Notes under the pieces: generated by a model
The model's input: the letters and a program-made list of their open reading frames with translations, nothing else
Told to the model about the DNA's origin: nothing
The model's database searches: none
NCBI GenBank assembly: GCA_951406725.2
Contig: OX597824.1
Span: forward strand, 7,812,001 to 7,876,000
Reading direction: 5' to 3'
Source of the DNA: Octopus vulgaris
Taxonomy: Eukaryota
DNA: 64,000 nucleotides
Shown here: positions 14,105 through 27,531 of the stretch, piece by piece
Layout: every line of letters starts with the position of its first letter
Numbering within the stretch: position 1 is the first letter of the stretch
Position numbers and translations under genes: made by a program

Positions 14105-14622
14105 TCCGATAACTCTAAGAGCTAGCAAGGTGTGTTTCGAGAGTCAAGGTAGTTTACCAGATTTGTTAGTGTCTACTGTTATTTTATGTCGAATTTTTTA
14201 AAGGTCTTTGTTACATTTCTTCTGAATTTGTCAATTTCATAGCCGTGAAAGGTTAGCCCATCATCTCTATATAAGCCTATATTAGATTTTTATGAACAGT
14301 TGATCCGAGTATGAACAGTTTCACTCACAGTTGATCCGAGACAATAGTAATAAATAAACAAACTGCTTGCCTTAGATGCCATGCTTTGGGGTCGAACTTG
14401 GGGGTTGATGAACGTGAATAGAAAGAATTTCTTAAGTAAGCAGCCATGTACACATAGGAATGAAAAGAACTGATGACGATCGCAGTTCGAATCGTTGTCT
14501 AGATATAAATATACATTTTTTCTGCAAAGATAAGTGTTAATATTGATTAAATTTATTATCGACAGAAAGATTTTTTTAATGTATGCTTTATTAAATACTT
14601 TTTAACTGTTAAAACGTTTCAG

Positions 14623-14757
14623 GTTGTCGAACAGTCTAACGTACTACGGCATATATTTGACGTCGTCTGCGCTGGCAGGCGATCATTATTTGAATTTCTT
14701 TTTGGTATCCATTACGGAAGTGGTCGCAAATTTATTGATGGCCATGCTGCTTTTCAA
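14623..14757 (+). CDS. SLC22 transporter exon (TM7-TM8)
   Basis: tttcag|G ... AA|gtaaat. Encodes LSNSLTYYGIYLTSSALAGDHYLNFFLVSITEV...; phases 2/2. Confidence 0.93.
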
Positions 14758-15222
14758 GTAAATATACATTATTTTTGTTCCTTTGTTTTATCATTTTGTC
14801 TTTTTTTTTACTTGTTTCATATATTCGCTGTGGCCATGCTGGGGTATTGCCTTGAAGGGTTTTAGTCAAGCAAATTGACACTAATATTAACCTTTTTTAC
14901 AGTTTGGTACTTATTCGAGCAGCTTTGGAGTAAAAGAGCTACTTTAGAAATATGAAATTTGTACAGAAATATATACGAGATACATAGGCTTAAGCTAATT
15001 CTAACAAAAAACTACCTTCCTGTTTGAAGTGGACTGTGACTGTGTGACTTCGACTGAAGGGTTTTAGGATCTCAACACAAGTGGTGTGCACGACTACTAA
15101 GTTAACAGTAGTAAAATGATGGCAGAATTTGATATATTTTATGTTGGAGTGGCAACCAGTTTCTCAAACATAGAAGATGTAAATCTTTGATGTCTTTCTT
15201 TAAATTCACTCACGTTAATTTT

Positions 15223-15255
15223 TTCCTGAAGAAAGACTTTTTCCGAAACGTTGGA
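15223..15255 (+). ncRNA. Weak minimal hammerhead-like motif
   Basis: ttc-CTGAAGA-aagactttttcc-GAAAC-GTT-gga; stem II pairs poorly. Confidence 0.3.
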
Positions 15256-15454
15256 TTTTTACAAGACCAATCTCACTGTACTTTTTCTGTTGATATGTAT
15301 GTATGTATGTATGTATGCATGTATGTATGTATGTATGTATGTATGTATGTATGTATGTATGTATGTATGTATGTATGTATGTATGTATGTATGTATGTAT
15401 GTATGTATGTATGTATGCATGGATGTATGTAAATATCTTTCTTAAATTTTCCAG

Positions 15455-15540
15455 GTTACAAAGGCGTTCAACAATGGCATTATTCCAGTGTTTATCCGGT
15501 GTATCTCTTCTTTGTGCGGTCCTGGTTAACAACTTTGGAA
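15455..15540 (+). CDS. SLC22 transporter exon (TM9)
   Basis: ttccag|G ... A|gtatgt. Encodes LQRRSTMALFQCLSGVSLLCAVLVNNFG; phases 2/1. Confidence 0.9.
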
Positions 15541-16534
15541 GTATGTTGATTTTTAATTTAACGGTTCAGTACAACTAAAAGACTAGCTTTTATCGTTGTT
15601 TATCCCTGAGTTAACCCTGCTCCCTGTTCGGTAGATGCGTAATAATACATTTTTGTTCCTTTCTGTATACCCCGAATAAGATTATCCGTAAACTTAATTC
15701 GTCGCCTTGTTCAACACCGTCATTTGGGCCTTGTGAGATGATTTTGTGAATTCCGCTCTGTTTGAAGCAGTCGTACCAACTTAATCTTTGATTCGAGCAC
15801 GACTTCTCTTCTTCCCATGGAAGGCCTTCAGAGAGTAATAGTTACTCTTCAGGTCGACTTTACCTTTCATCCTTAAAATAAATACCAGTTGTGTACTGGA
15901 GTTAGTGTAATCGATTAATCCATTCCCCCCAAATTACAGGTCTTGTACCTATACTAAAACGTGTTGACTATTCCATTCAAAATCTTGAGTCATTCTTATT
16001 TTACGATGGCAATTTGTGATTTGAAGGATGCCTGCTTATATTTCTTAGAGAAGGGCCAGGACTGTATACCTGACATTTTTCAGGGCATCCAAAGCTCAAA
16101 AGAGGGAAGGAAGAAAATATCCTCAAACTGGAAATCTAATTCAAATGCTTACAATAGAGTGGAGTCTTCTGTTAGGGACACACAAAGTACCAGGGTGTAG
16201 TGGAGTTAGACAGTGGCGGATTAAGTCGATCACGGCTGGATTCGAACTCAGAACACAAAGAACCGGAACGGATACTGCATGATACCCGTCCCATGTGCCA
16301 AACATTCCAATAGTCCACCACCCTGTATCATGCTGAACCTCCCTGAGTACTACGATAAGGGTATACATGTCTGCGGAGTGCTCAGCCACTTGCACATTAA
16401 TTTCACGAGCAAGCTGTTCCGTTGATCGTATCAACTGGGACCCTCGTCATTTTAACTGACGGGGTGCCCCTTTTTTATGCAAACAAATTTATATTAGGAG
16501 ACAGTGTTTCACTAAATATATTAGCCAAAATATT

Positions 16535-16765
16535 TATTTCTTTACTACCCACAGGGGGCTAAACACAGAGAGGACAAACAAGGACAGACAAACGGATTAA
16601 GTCGATTATATCGACCCCAGTGCGTAACTGGTACTTATTTAATCGACCCCGAAAGGATGAAAGACAAAGTTGACCTTGGCGGAATCTGAACTCAGAACGT
16701 AGCGGCAGACGAAATACCGCTAAGCATTTTGCCGGGCGTGATAACGTTTCTGCCAGCTCGCCGTC
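16535..16765 (-). mobile_element. SINE family B
   Basis: Reverse complement of the family B head and body seen at 58229. Confidence 0.82.
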
Positions 16766-16948
16766 GTTTATTAGCCAAAATATTATCAACTCGCAGGAGA
16801 TCGATACGGAAATATCTTTATGCAGCTATCCCCGAACAGTCTATTAATCTCGTATAACAAAAATCTGAAGTTGTCCCTTATAATATAGAAACTTCTACCT
16901 CCACTACAACCATGTTTTCTTCACAAAGTAAAATGAAATAACGTTTAC

Positions 16949-16981
<33 letters not shown>

Positions 16982-16999
16982 CTTATTTATTTATTTCAG

Positions 17000-17120
17000 A
17001 AGGAGGCAAAGTACTTTCTATTATTAATACAGTGTGTAGTATGATGGGCATGTTTGGAATTAGTGCTTCATATTGCGTTATTTGGTTATACACACCAGAA
17101 GTATATCCTACTAACCTAAG
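17000..17120 (+). CDS. SLC22 transporter exon (TM10, EVYPT motif)
   Basis: tttcag|AA ... AG|gtatgt. Encodes GGKVLSIINTVCSMMGMFGISASYCVIWLYTPEVYPTNLR. Confidence 0.95.
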
Positions 17121-17675
17121 GTATGTGGTATTTTTGATATCATTCTTGAAGTTGTTCTTCAATTACAATCGCAAACAGCAGTAAGCTTTCTTCAACTGAA
17201 TACACGTCGTTGATTGGTTAAAATTACCCAAATTCGACAACTTTAACACGAAATAACTTCTGAAATACGAAATTTTGTCAAAAATGCTGAATGTGAACCG
17301 TGTTCAGCACGAGAAATTACACCAGTATACGAAGTTTCAAACTGTTTAGTTTAAAAAAATAATTTTAAAATCTGTGATCGAAACAGAACAGATCCTCATT
17401 CTTTAATATTATATATCTTTAACATAACAATACAAAGAAAATATATTAACAGGGGAGCTACACGGACCCTCGCGGGAGAAATAACGGCCAAATCTTTACC
17501 AAACTGCTTGCCATCTTCAGTAAAGAAAACTACACGCTGTTCTGAGAAAGATGCTATTTGTGCCTAGTGAAATAAAGTGTCTTGTTCGAGGAGATAACTC
17601 CCTTCCCAGTCCAGGAATCGAACTCACGACTTCAAAAGTAACACTGATCATTGTATTGTTTATCTATACTTTCAG

Positions 17676-17748
17676 AAACATCGGTTTGGGATTTCTGACG
17701 TTATGTGGCAGTATTGGAAGTATGATTTCACCATTTTCTCGTATTTTG
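17676..17748 (+). CDS. SLC22 transporter exon (TM11)
   Basis: tttcag|A ... TTG|gtaagt. Encodes NIGLGFLTLCGSIGSMISPFSRIL. Confidence 0.93.
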
Positions 17749-17810
17749 GTAAGTTGATCATTATGGAATTGAATATTCATTTACAAAGTCAATCAGTTCA
17801 TATGCTGGTC

Positions 17811-18500
17811 ATTACAAAGTTGATCATTACAAAGTTGATCATTACGAAGTTGATCATTACGAAGTTGATCATTACGAAGTTGATTATTACGAAGTTGATC
17901 ATTACGAAGTTGATCATTACGAAGTTGATCATTACGAAGTTGATCATTACAAAGTTGATCATTACAAAGTTGATCATTACAAAGTTCATCATTACAAAGT
18001 TGATCATTACAAAGCTGATCATTACGAAGTTCATCATTACAAAGTTGATCATTACAAAGTTGATCATTACAAAGTTGATCATTACAAAGTTGATCATTAC
18101 AAAGTTGATCATTATAAAGTTGATCATTACAAAGTTGATCATTACGAAGTTGATCATTACAAAGTTGATCATTACGAAGTTGATCATTACAAAATTGATT
18201 ATTACGAAGTTGAGCATTACAAAGTTGATCATTACAAAGTTGATCATTACAAAGTTGATCATTACGAAGTTGATCATTACGAAGTTGATCATTACAAAAT
18301 TGATTATTACGAAGTTGAGCATTACAAAGTTCATCATTACAAAGTTGATCATTACAAAGTTGATCATTACGAAGTTGATCATTACGAAGTTGATCATTAC
18401 GAAGTTGATCATTACAAAGTTGATCATTACGAAGTTGATCATTACGAAGTTGATCATTACGAAGTTGATCATTACAAAGCTGATTATTACGAAGTTGAGC
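17811..18500. repeat. 15-bp minisatellite (ATTACRAAGTTGATC), about 46 copies
   Basis: Direct inspection; source of the ITKLI and MINFV pseudo-ORFs. Confidence 0.97.
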
Positions 18501-19245
18501 ATTTCTAAGGTGGTCATTGCAAAGTTGAACATTGCTGAATTAAATATTTCCCTCATTTCAATTATTCGTTTTTCAACCTCATTCTTTCTCTCACATTCTC
18601 TATGTCTATTTCTCTGTCTGTCTGTGTGTCAGTGTCTCTCTATATTCCCCTTCTCTCACTCTCCTTCTCTCTCACACACACACTAACTCTCACCTCCCTC
18701 TTACATAAATGCACACACGTTATCTCAAAGTGAGATAAAGTGTGACCAATCCCACGAGGTAGGCTTTCGCACGACTCGGGATGACCCACTGACATCTCGA
18801 GCCCCGGCTTCACGGTGCCGGTGGGGGACGGTTTCGGTACCTTTTGTTACCCTCGTACGAGACTGGTGCTTATTTTAGTAAACACCAGTCTTAAACAATT
18901 CAGTTCTGGGGTCAATTTGTCCGACTAAACCCATGAAAGCGGCTTTCTGGTATGGCTGCAGTCCAATGACTGAATCAAGCTAAGCATAAATGATAAAAGA
19001 TTTGGTAATCAATCTTTGAAATGTCGAAATTGAATACAACTTTAACAAAACCTAAAATTAACAGTATTTCCATATATTAATGTATTCGGCACCACCCACC
19101 CACCCGCGCTCACACATTTCTTATATATTTCTGCCTAATTTCCTACCTAGATTATTTCTCCACCCATTACTCTCCCGCCTTGTAAATATCGGTCATAAAA
19201 ATAAACACAATATTATCACATTCTCAACTTGAAACCGTTTCTTCC

Positions 19246-19455
19246 CACCACCACCACCACCACCACCACCACCACCACCACCACCACCACCACCACAACC
19301 ACAACCACCACCACCACCACCACCACCACCACCACCACCACCATCACCACAACCACCACCACCACCACCACCATCACCACCACCACCACCATCACCACCA
19401 CCACCACCACCACCACCACCACCACCACCACCACCACCACCACCACCACTACCAC
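19246..19455. repeat. (CAC)n microsatellite
   Basis: Direct inspection. Confidence 0.97.
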
Positions 19456-19949
19456 TTCACTTTAAAATCTAAGGTCATCGAATATATGCTTCCTTCCTTC
19501 CTTTCTTCCTTCCTTCCTTACTTCCTTTCTTTCTTTCTTTCTCAAAAAGTGCCTACCTAAGTGACTTACCCCGTGCCTCCACCCACATAAAAGTAAACAA
19601 ATATATATCTATAACTATGTATATTTATATGTGTGTGTGCGTGTGTGAATGTATGTATGTGTATGCGTGTGTGTGCATGAGTGTGTGTCTGTGTCTGTAT
19701 CTCTGCGTGTCTGTATGTGTATAATATATACACACACAAATATATATACATACATATGTACACACATATATACATACATATAAATATATATACATATATA
19801 TATTTACAAATGTGCGTGTGTGTGTGTATAAATAAATATATGTGTGTGTGTATATGTATATCTATAGATTATATGTATAAATACATATATACATATATAT
19901 ATGTGTGTGTATTTCCTCTCACAGCTGCATACACATCGCAATATTATTA

Positions 19950-20042
<93 letters not shown>

Positions 20043-20064
20043 TCATCATCATCATCATCATCAT

Positions 20065-20101
<37 letters not shown>

Positions 20102-20104
<3 letters not shown>

Positions 20105-20300
20105 CACAGGCATGGCTTTGTGGTAGGAAAATTGTTTCCCAACCACATGGTTCCGGGTTCAGTCCTACTGTATGGCACATTGAGCAAGTCTTCTACTATA
20201 GCCTCGGGTCGCCCAAATCTTTGTGAATACATTTGTAGACAGAAACTGAAAGAAGCCCGTCGTATACATATATGTGTGTGTGTTTGTGTGTGTGTGTGGT
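20102..20300 (+). mobile_element. SINE family A head
   Basis: ggcacaggcatggct...ggttccgggttcagtcc...gaaactgaaagaagcccgtcg. Confidence 0.8.
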
Positions 20301-20327
20301 CTTTGTGTATATATACATATATATATA

Positions 20328-21968
20328 CTGTGTTTCCCCGAAAATAAAAACCGGTCTTATATTAATTTTGCCTCCAAAGAACGCAGTAGGGCTTATTTTC
20401 GGGGGATGTTTTATATTTTTGCGGAAAAAAAATCCAAGAAAGACAAAAAAGCCTCATGTTCTCGTGTAAAAGGAAAAAATTGTAAAAAGAAGACCCATGT
20501 TTTTAGTTATCAAAAGTTTATTCATTTGCTGATTGTTTTTAGTCAAGTACCAACATTTCGTCCTCTTCTGGAACATCGCCATAAATCATCAAACCCCGAA
20601 CTTCAGACTGAGTTTCTTGAAAATCCATTTCCTGTCGAATCATAGACTCCGATCTCTTATGTTTGTAGAGGCACATGGCCCAGTGGTTAGAGCAGCGGAC
20701 TCACGGTGGAGGGATCGCGGGTTCGAATCTCAGACCGGGCGATGTGTGTGTTTATGAGTGAAACACCTAAGCTCCAATCGGCTCCGGCAGAAGGTAATCG
20801 TGAACTTCTGCTGACTCTTTCGCCACAACTTTCTCTCACTCTTTCTTCCTGCATCTAGCAGCTCACCTGCAACACACCGGCGTCCAGTCCAGGTGGGAGA
20901 CATATACGCCAAGGAAACCGGGAAACCGGCCCTTATGAGCCAGGCATGGCTCGAAAAGGAACAAATCTCTTATGTTTGGCAATACAACCTTCCTGAAATG
21001 AACACTTTTTGGTCAAGTACCCTACTCTTAGTGCATTGGCAACGCAACTGTCGGTAATTTTATTCCATGAATTCTTCACCCAATTCACGGTTGGGTTTGA
21101 CAAAGTTTCCACGCTGATCTCTCTCCATTCTATGTTCAATATATTCATTCACATCCATCCGCAAATAATCCTCGAAGGGTTTGTTTATTACAAGATCTGG
21201 TGTTTGTAGACATGAAGCCATTCCCGCGCGAATCATTATGTTGTCAATCCTACATTCAGAAAGGAAAGTTTTTCATATCTTTTGCGCAATGAGTACTGGC
21301 TGGATCCCAGACTAAAAGACCTCTTTGAGAACCACGTAAAACAAATAGCATAGTTAAATCAACCCATTTTTTTATAACAACTTGTTGCACCAAGCATTTT
21401 CCGTTTCAAGGACATAAATGTCTGAAACTCGTTCTATTTTTTCTTTTTTGCTCTTTGGTGGGATTTTTGTTCCATCAAGACGAATTGCTAAATTACAAGT
21501 AACTCTTGTATTTTCGTAACCCGTTGAGGCAACGTAGATTGACGAGGCACCTGTCTGTTCAATTGTCGTTTTAGATGCTCGGCCCATAAATACTGTGGTT
21601 TCACCCATAGCAATTATATTGGAGAGATTGTATTTAAAAATTCGATGCCATCAACGAAGAACTTGAATGCAAGTCCACATTGAATCACTTCAGCATCCTC
21701 CAATTTGAACAATGTTGTCGATCTTCTTAGAGAAAGCTCTTATCACTGAAGGAAGTTATCCAACCAATGAGGTGATGCTTTGAATATCTCTGGGAGTATA
21801 TCCAGTTGTGGTTGCTGGTTTATTTTGCAAACAATATATGGTCTTGCTAACAAGTTGATGCCCTTTTGACTAGGTCTTATTTTCGGGGTAGGGCTTATCT
21901 TAAAAACATCTTAAGAAATCATGGTAGGGCTTATTTTCGGAGTAGGTCTTATTTTCGGGAAAACACAG
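20328..21968 (-). mobile_element. pogo/Tc2-like DNA transposon, both TIRs present, decayed transposase
   Basis: TA|CTGTGTTTCCCCGAAAATAA ... TTATTTTCGGGAAAACACAG|TA, with subterminal cttattttcgg repeats. DDE fragments ETTVFMG..TGYE..RVTC.LAIRLDGTKIPP and CLQTPDLVINKPF. Confidence 0.88.
20668..20962 (+). mobile_element. SINE family C (tail type 2) nested in the pogo element
   Basis: ggcacatggcccagtggttagagcagcggactc...ggttcgaatctc. Confidence 0.85.
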
Positions 21969-22109
21969 TATATGTGTGTGTGTATGTGTGTGTGTGTGTG
22001 TGTGTGTGCATGTGTGTGTATGTGTGTGTAAAACATTTCAGAAGTTTATCATTTAAATATATATGAGCATTTCTAGATATGAAACTATGTGCATGAGAAA
22101 CATACATAA

Positions 22110-22145
22110 AACATACATACATGCATACATGCATGTATACATACA

Positions 22146-22177
<32 letters not shown>

Positions 22178-22223
22178 CATACATACATACATACATACAT
22201 ACATGTATGTATACATACATACA

Positions 22224-22257
<34 letters not shown>

Positions 22258-22383
22258 CATGCATACATACATACATACATGCATACATACATACATACAT
22301 ACATACATACATACATACATACATACATACATACATGCATGCATACATACATACATGCATGTATACATACATACATACATACA

Positions 22384-22417
<34 letters not shown>

Positions 22418-22567
22418 CATACATACATACATACATACATACATACATACATGCATGTATACATACATACAAACATACATATATACATACATACATACAT
22501 ACATGCATGCATACATACATACATACATACATACATACATACATACATACATACGTACGTACATACA

Positions 22568-22601
<34 letters not shown>

Positions 22602-22635
22602 CATTCATACATACATTCATACATACATACATACA

Positions 22636-22669
<34 letters not shown>

Positions 22670-22727
22670 CATTCATACATACATTCATACATACATACAT
22701 ACATACATGTGTGTGTTTCTGTGTATA

Positions 22728-22777
<50 letters not shown>

Positions 22778-22814
22778 CATATATACATACATACATATAT
22801 ACATACATACATAT

Positions 22815-22845
<31 letters not shown>

Positions 22846-22995
22846 CATACATACATACATACATACATACATACATACGTACGTACATACATACATACAT
22901 ACATACATACATACATACATACATACATACATACATACGTACATATATACATTCATACATACATTCATACATACATACATACATACGTACATACA

Positions 22996-23029
<34 letters not shown>

Positions 23030-23079
23030 CATTCATACATACATTCATACATACATACATACATACATACATACGTACG

Positions 23080-23113
<34 letters not shown>

Positions 23114-23167
23114 CATTCATACATACATACATACATACATACATACATACATACATACATACATACA

Positions 23168-23201
<34 letters not shown>

Positions 23202-23243
23202 CATACATACATACATACATACATACATACATACATACATACA

Positions 23244-23277
<34 letters not shown>

Positions 23278-23331
23278 CATACATACATACATACATTCAT
23301 ACATACATACATACATACATACATACATACA

Positions 23332-23365
<34 letters not shown>

Positions 23366-23479
23366 CATTCATACATACATTCATACATACATACATACAT
23401 ACATACGTACATACATACATACATACATACATATATACATTCATACATACATTCATACATACATACATACATACGTACA

Positions 23480-23513
<34 letters not shown>

Positions 23514-23519
23514 CATTCA

Positions 23520-23553
<34 letters not shown>

Positions 23554-23615
23554 CATTCATACATACATACATACGTACATACATACATACATACATACAT
23601 ACATACATACATACA
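22110..23615. repeat. (CATA)n array, about 1.5 kb
   Basis: Direct inspection; it splits an R4-like 3' UTR (22028-22110 and 23632-23750). Confidence 0.98.
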
Positions 23616-24782
23616 CACACGCACATACATATAAACAAAAATACCCGGTTGTTGGTGTTAAAATTCCAATGAAGGAACCTTGGATGTAGGTCAGAAACCG
23701 GTTCTTTCTCTATTGACAAGAAATCTTGAAATAAAACTGAATAATGACATACATACATGTGTGTGTGTCTGTGTATATACATATATGCATATATACATAC
23801 ATATATATATATATATATATACATATATATATACATATATATATATACATATATATATATATATCGTGTGTATGTGTATGTATATATATATGCGCGTGTG
23901 TGTATATGTGTGGATGTATGTTCATTGTTTATATATGTGTGTATGTCTGTGTGTCTGTGTGTATGTGTGTATCATTTAATGTTCACAGTATAAACGCAAG
24001 AACTACTACTAGTTTATTGCTGTGAAGACACGTAACTAGGCAGGTCTCCATAACGTACATTGAGTCTCCGGGCAATCTTCAGGCTCTGAGCATACGGTCT
24101 GTTCTATTTGAAAATCAGGTCACTGGTACATGAGAAACCACAAGAAGTAACTGCTGGTTGAGTTTGGGTTGACTTTCCCATGCATGCTTGAGTGTCTGTG
24201 TGTGTTTGTGTTGCGATTGGATGCAAGAATTTACGAAATGTGTATGCACGGACGTGTGTGTATGTGTGTGTGAGCCATTCGTACTTTTATTTGTCTGTGT
24301 AAGTATGTGCATGTTTGTAGTACTTTTATTTCTCTGCCTTCTCCCTATATCTCTATTCCCTTTCCTTTCATCTATTTTTTCATTGTTCCACAATGGAATA
24401 ATTTAATCTAATTCATCTGACCTCATTCATATTTTCTTTCAACTTATTCTCACAGATGACAGAGAAAAAATGTCACATTTCCAGTAAAATTCCCAAACCG
24501 ATTCAACAAATATATCTTGCCTTCATTTAACACACTTACCATGATATCATTACTAAGAAAACAAATCGTCTTAAAAGTCTTAACTGCAATAACAGTTATG
24601 ACATCATGTTTTTATACTTGGGTTGCAATCAGACGAGATTTCACGAGTATGTTGTACTTTTATATTTATAGAAATATACGTCTTCGCTCTCTTTTAATTG
24701 CATCTCTTTCACTGTCTCCCGACATTGCTCTCATTTGTCTTTCTACACGACTGAGACTGGAATATGACTGGAATTTCTGTTT

Positions 24783-25040
24783 GACTGGAACTGTAAAAAT
24801 CTGTAAAACTTTCCAGAAGTTTATCATTTAAGTATATATGAGCATTTCTTGATATGAAAGTTTGTGCATGAGAAGACATACATAAAACAAAGCATACAAA
24901 TTTCCACATATACATACAAAGAAATAAAAAATACCCTGTTGTTGATGTTGAAATTCCAAGGAAGGAGCCTCGGGTCTATGTTAGAAACCGGCCCTTTCTC
25001 TATTGCAAGAAATCTTGGAATAAAACTGAATAATGACATA
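24783..25040 (+). mobile_element. 3' end of an R4/Dong-like LINE followed by (CATA)n
   Basis: TGTVKICKTFQKFII* plus 3' UTR; homologous to 48938-49390 and 41801-41995. Confidence 0.78.
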
Positions 25041-25545
25041 CATACATACATAAATACATACATACATACATTCATACATACATACATGCATGCACACATA
25101 CATACATGCATGCATGCATACATACATACATACATACATACATACATACATACATACATGCATGCATACATACATACATACATACATACATGCATACATA
25201 CATTCATACATACATACATACATGCATACATACATTCATACATACATACATGCATGCATACATACATACATACATACATACATACATACATACATACATA
25301 CATACATGCATGCATACATACATACATACATACATACATACATACATACATACATGCATGCATGCATACATACATACATATATACATACATACATACATA
25401 CATACATACATACATACATACATACATGCATACATACATACATACATACATGCATACATACATACATACATACATGCATGCATACATACATACATACATA
25501 CATGCATGCATACATACATGCATACATACATACATACATACATAC
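25041..25545. repeat. (CATA/CATG)n array
   Basis: Direct inspection. Confidence 0.98.
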
Positions 25546-26104
25546 GAATGAGTCAATCGTCGTTCGCGAACGAATAGGACTCCCTCACATGTACCACGCT
25601 TTCGCTTGTTCTGTTATTCGGTTATTCTGTTATTCTGTTCGGTGCGTTTGCACATTGCGGACAGACACAAACAGCTTCTCGACTTCCCCGACCTCGCGGG
25701 GAAGCCGAGAAGCTGAGGGAAGAAAGTGCTAGGCTTAGTGTTTGTCTGGTGCTCATTCTCAGCCAAGTACACGCACACCGAACTTATCCGTCCTAATTTC
25801 TATTTTATTTTCACTTATTCTCACAGATGTCAGTAAACGTGTCACATATCCAGTGAAACACCCAAAGCGATTCTACAAATAATATCTTGTTTTCATTTAA
25901 CTCACCATGATATCATTACAAGAAAAACAAAGACTCTTAAATACATTGACATTTGTGACGTCATGCGTTTATACTCGGGTTGCGTACGACGAGATTTCAC
26001 GATTACATTGTACTTTTATATCTATCGAAACTGTATATACATCTTCACTCAGTTTTAACTGCATCTATTTCACTGTTTCCCCATATCTCTCTCCCTCATC
26101 TTTC

Positions 26105-26540
26105 TACATACATACACACATACATATATACATACATTCCTACATACATACATGCATACATACATACATACATACATACATACATACATACATACATACA
26201 TACATACATACATACATACATACATGCATACATACATACATACATACATACATACATACATACATACGTACGTACATACATGCATACATACATACATACA
26301 TACGTACATTCCTACATACATACATACATACATACATACGTACATACATGCATACATACATACATACATACATACATACATACATACATACATACATACA
26401 TACATACATACATACATTCCTACATACATACATACATACATTCCTACATACATACATACATACATACATACATACATACATACATACATACATACATTCA
26501 TACATACATACATACATACATACATACATACATACATACA

Positions 26541-26574
<34 letters not shown>

Positions 26575-27008
26575 CATACATACATACATACATACATACA
26601 TACATACATACATACATGCATACATACATGCATGCATGCATGCATACATACATACATACATACATACATACATACATACATACATGCATACATACATAGA
26701 TACATACATACAAACATACATAAATACATGCACATACATACATACATACATACATACATACATACATACATACTTACATACATACGTACATGCATACATA
26801 CATACATACATACATACATACATACATACATACATACATACATACATACATACATACATACATACATACATACATACATACATACATACATACATACATA
26901 CATACATACATACATACATACATACATACATACATACATACATACATACATACATACATACATACATGCATACATACATACATGCATACATACATACATG
27001 CATACATA
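26105..27008. repeat. (CATA)n array
   Basis: Direct inspection. Confidence 0.98.
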
Positions 27009-27531
27009 CTCAGTGGATTCTCCAAATTCTATTTCTTTGTAGCACAGTGAAGGTTTGCAAAACATTCCAAAAATTCTGTGTCTGCACTTTGGGTGTATGT
27101 ATCGACGGTTCAACCAGCACTCTAGAACTCAGCCTCGTATTTACAAACACCGGGAACTCTCTCAACTCCGAATGTCTTGTCGCTTTGTTAGCAACCGGCT
27201 TCAACTCTCTCACTAAGAACTTGAGACTCAAAGAAGAAACACGCATACACACACACACACGCACACACAAATTGTTTTTGGATTCATTTTGCACGACTGT
27301 TGTTGAAACATCATCACGAATTGAAATGGAACAGATGCTGTTTTACTTCGAGGTAGGGGCATTTAGCGAATAAGGCATACGCACTGGGCATATTTCACTT
27401 CTTTTGCAGTTATCACTTAGATATTTTCTATGTAAATCTAGTTGTAAAGCTCTTGTAACATCTCTACGACTATGTTTAGACACTGGAGCAAATGAAAAAT
27501 TCAAAATATATTGTATATTGAAATATATTTG

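Noticed and set aside
14465-14505. Hammerhead-like CTGATGA...GAATC...GTC (similar weak case at 57367-57410)
   Set aside because: GAAA is broken and stem I does not form in register.
17811-18500. CRISPR-like regular repeats (also 46173-46385)
   Set aside because: Units are head-to-tail with no unique spacers, there are no cas genes, and the context is eukaryotic.
17703-18686. 327-aa ITKLI and 252-aa MINFV repeat ORFs
   Set aside because: They are an intronic 15-bp minisatellite; the + ORF is out of frame with the real exon, which has a canonical donor at 17749.
21949-27373. Long MYVC/HTYI ORFs (up to 535 aa), also at 37-38 kb and 49.3-50.7 kb
   Set aside because: They are translations of (CATA)n, which has no stop codon in any frame.
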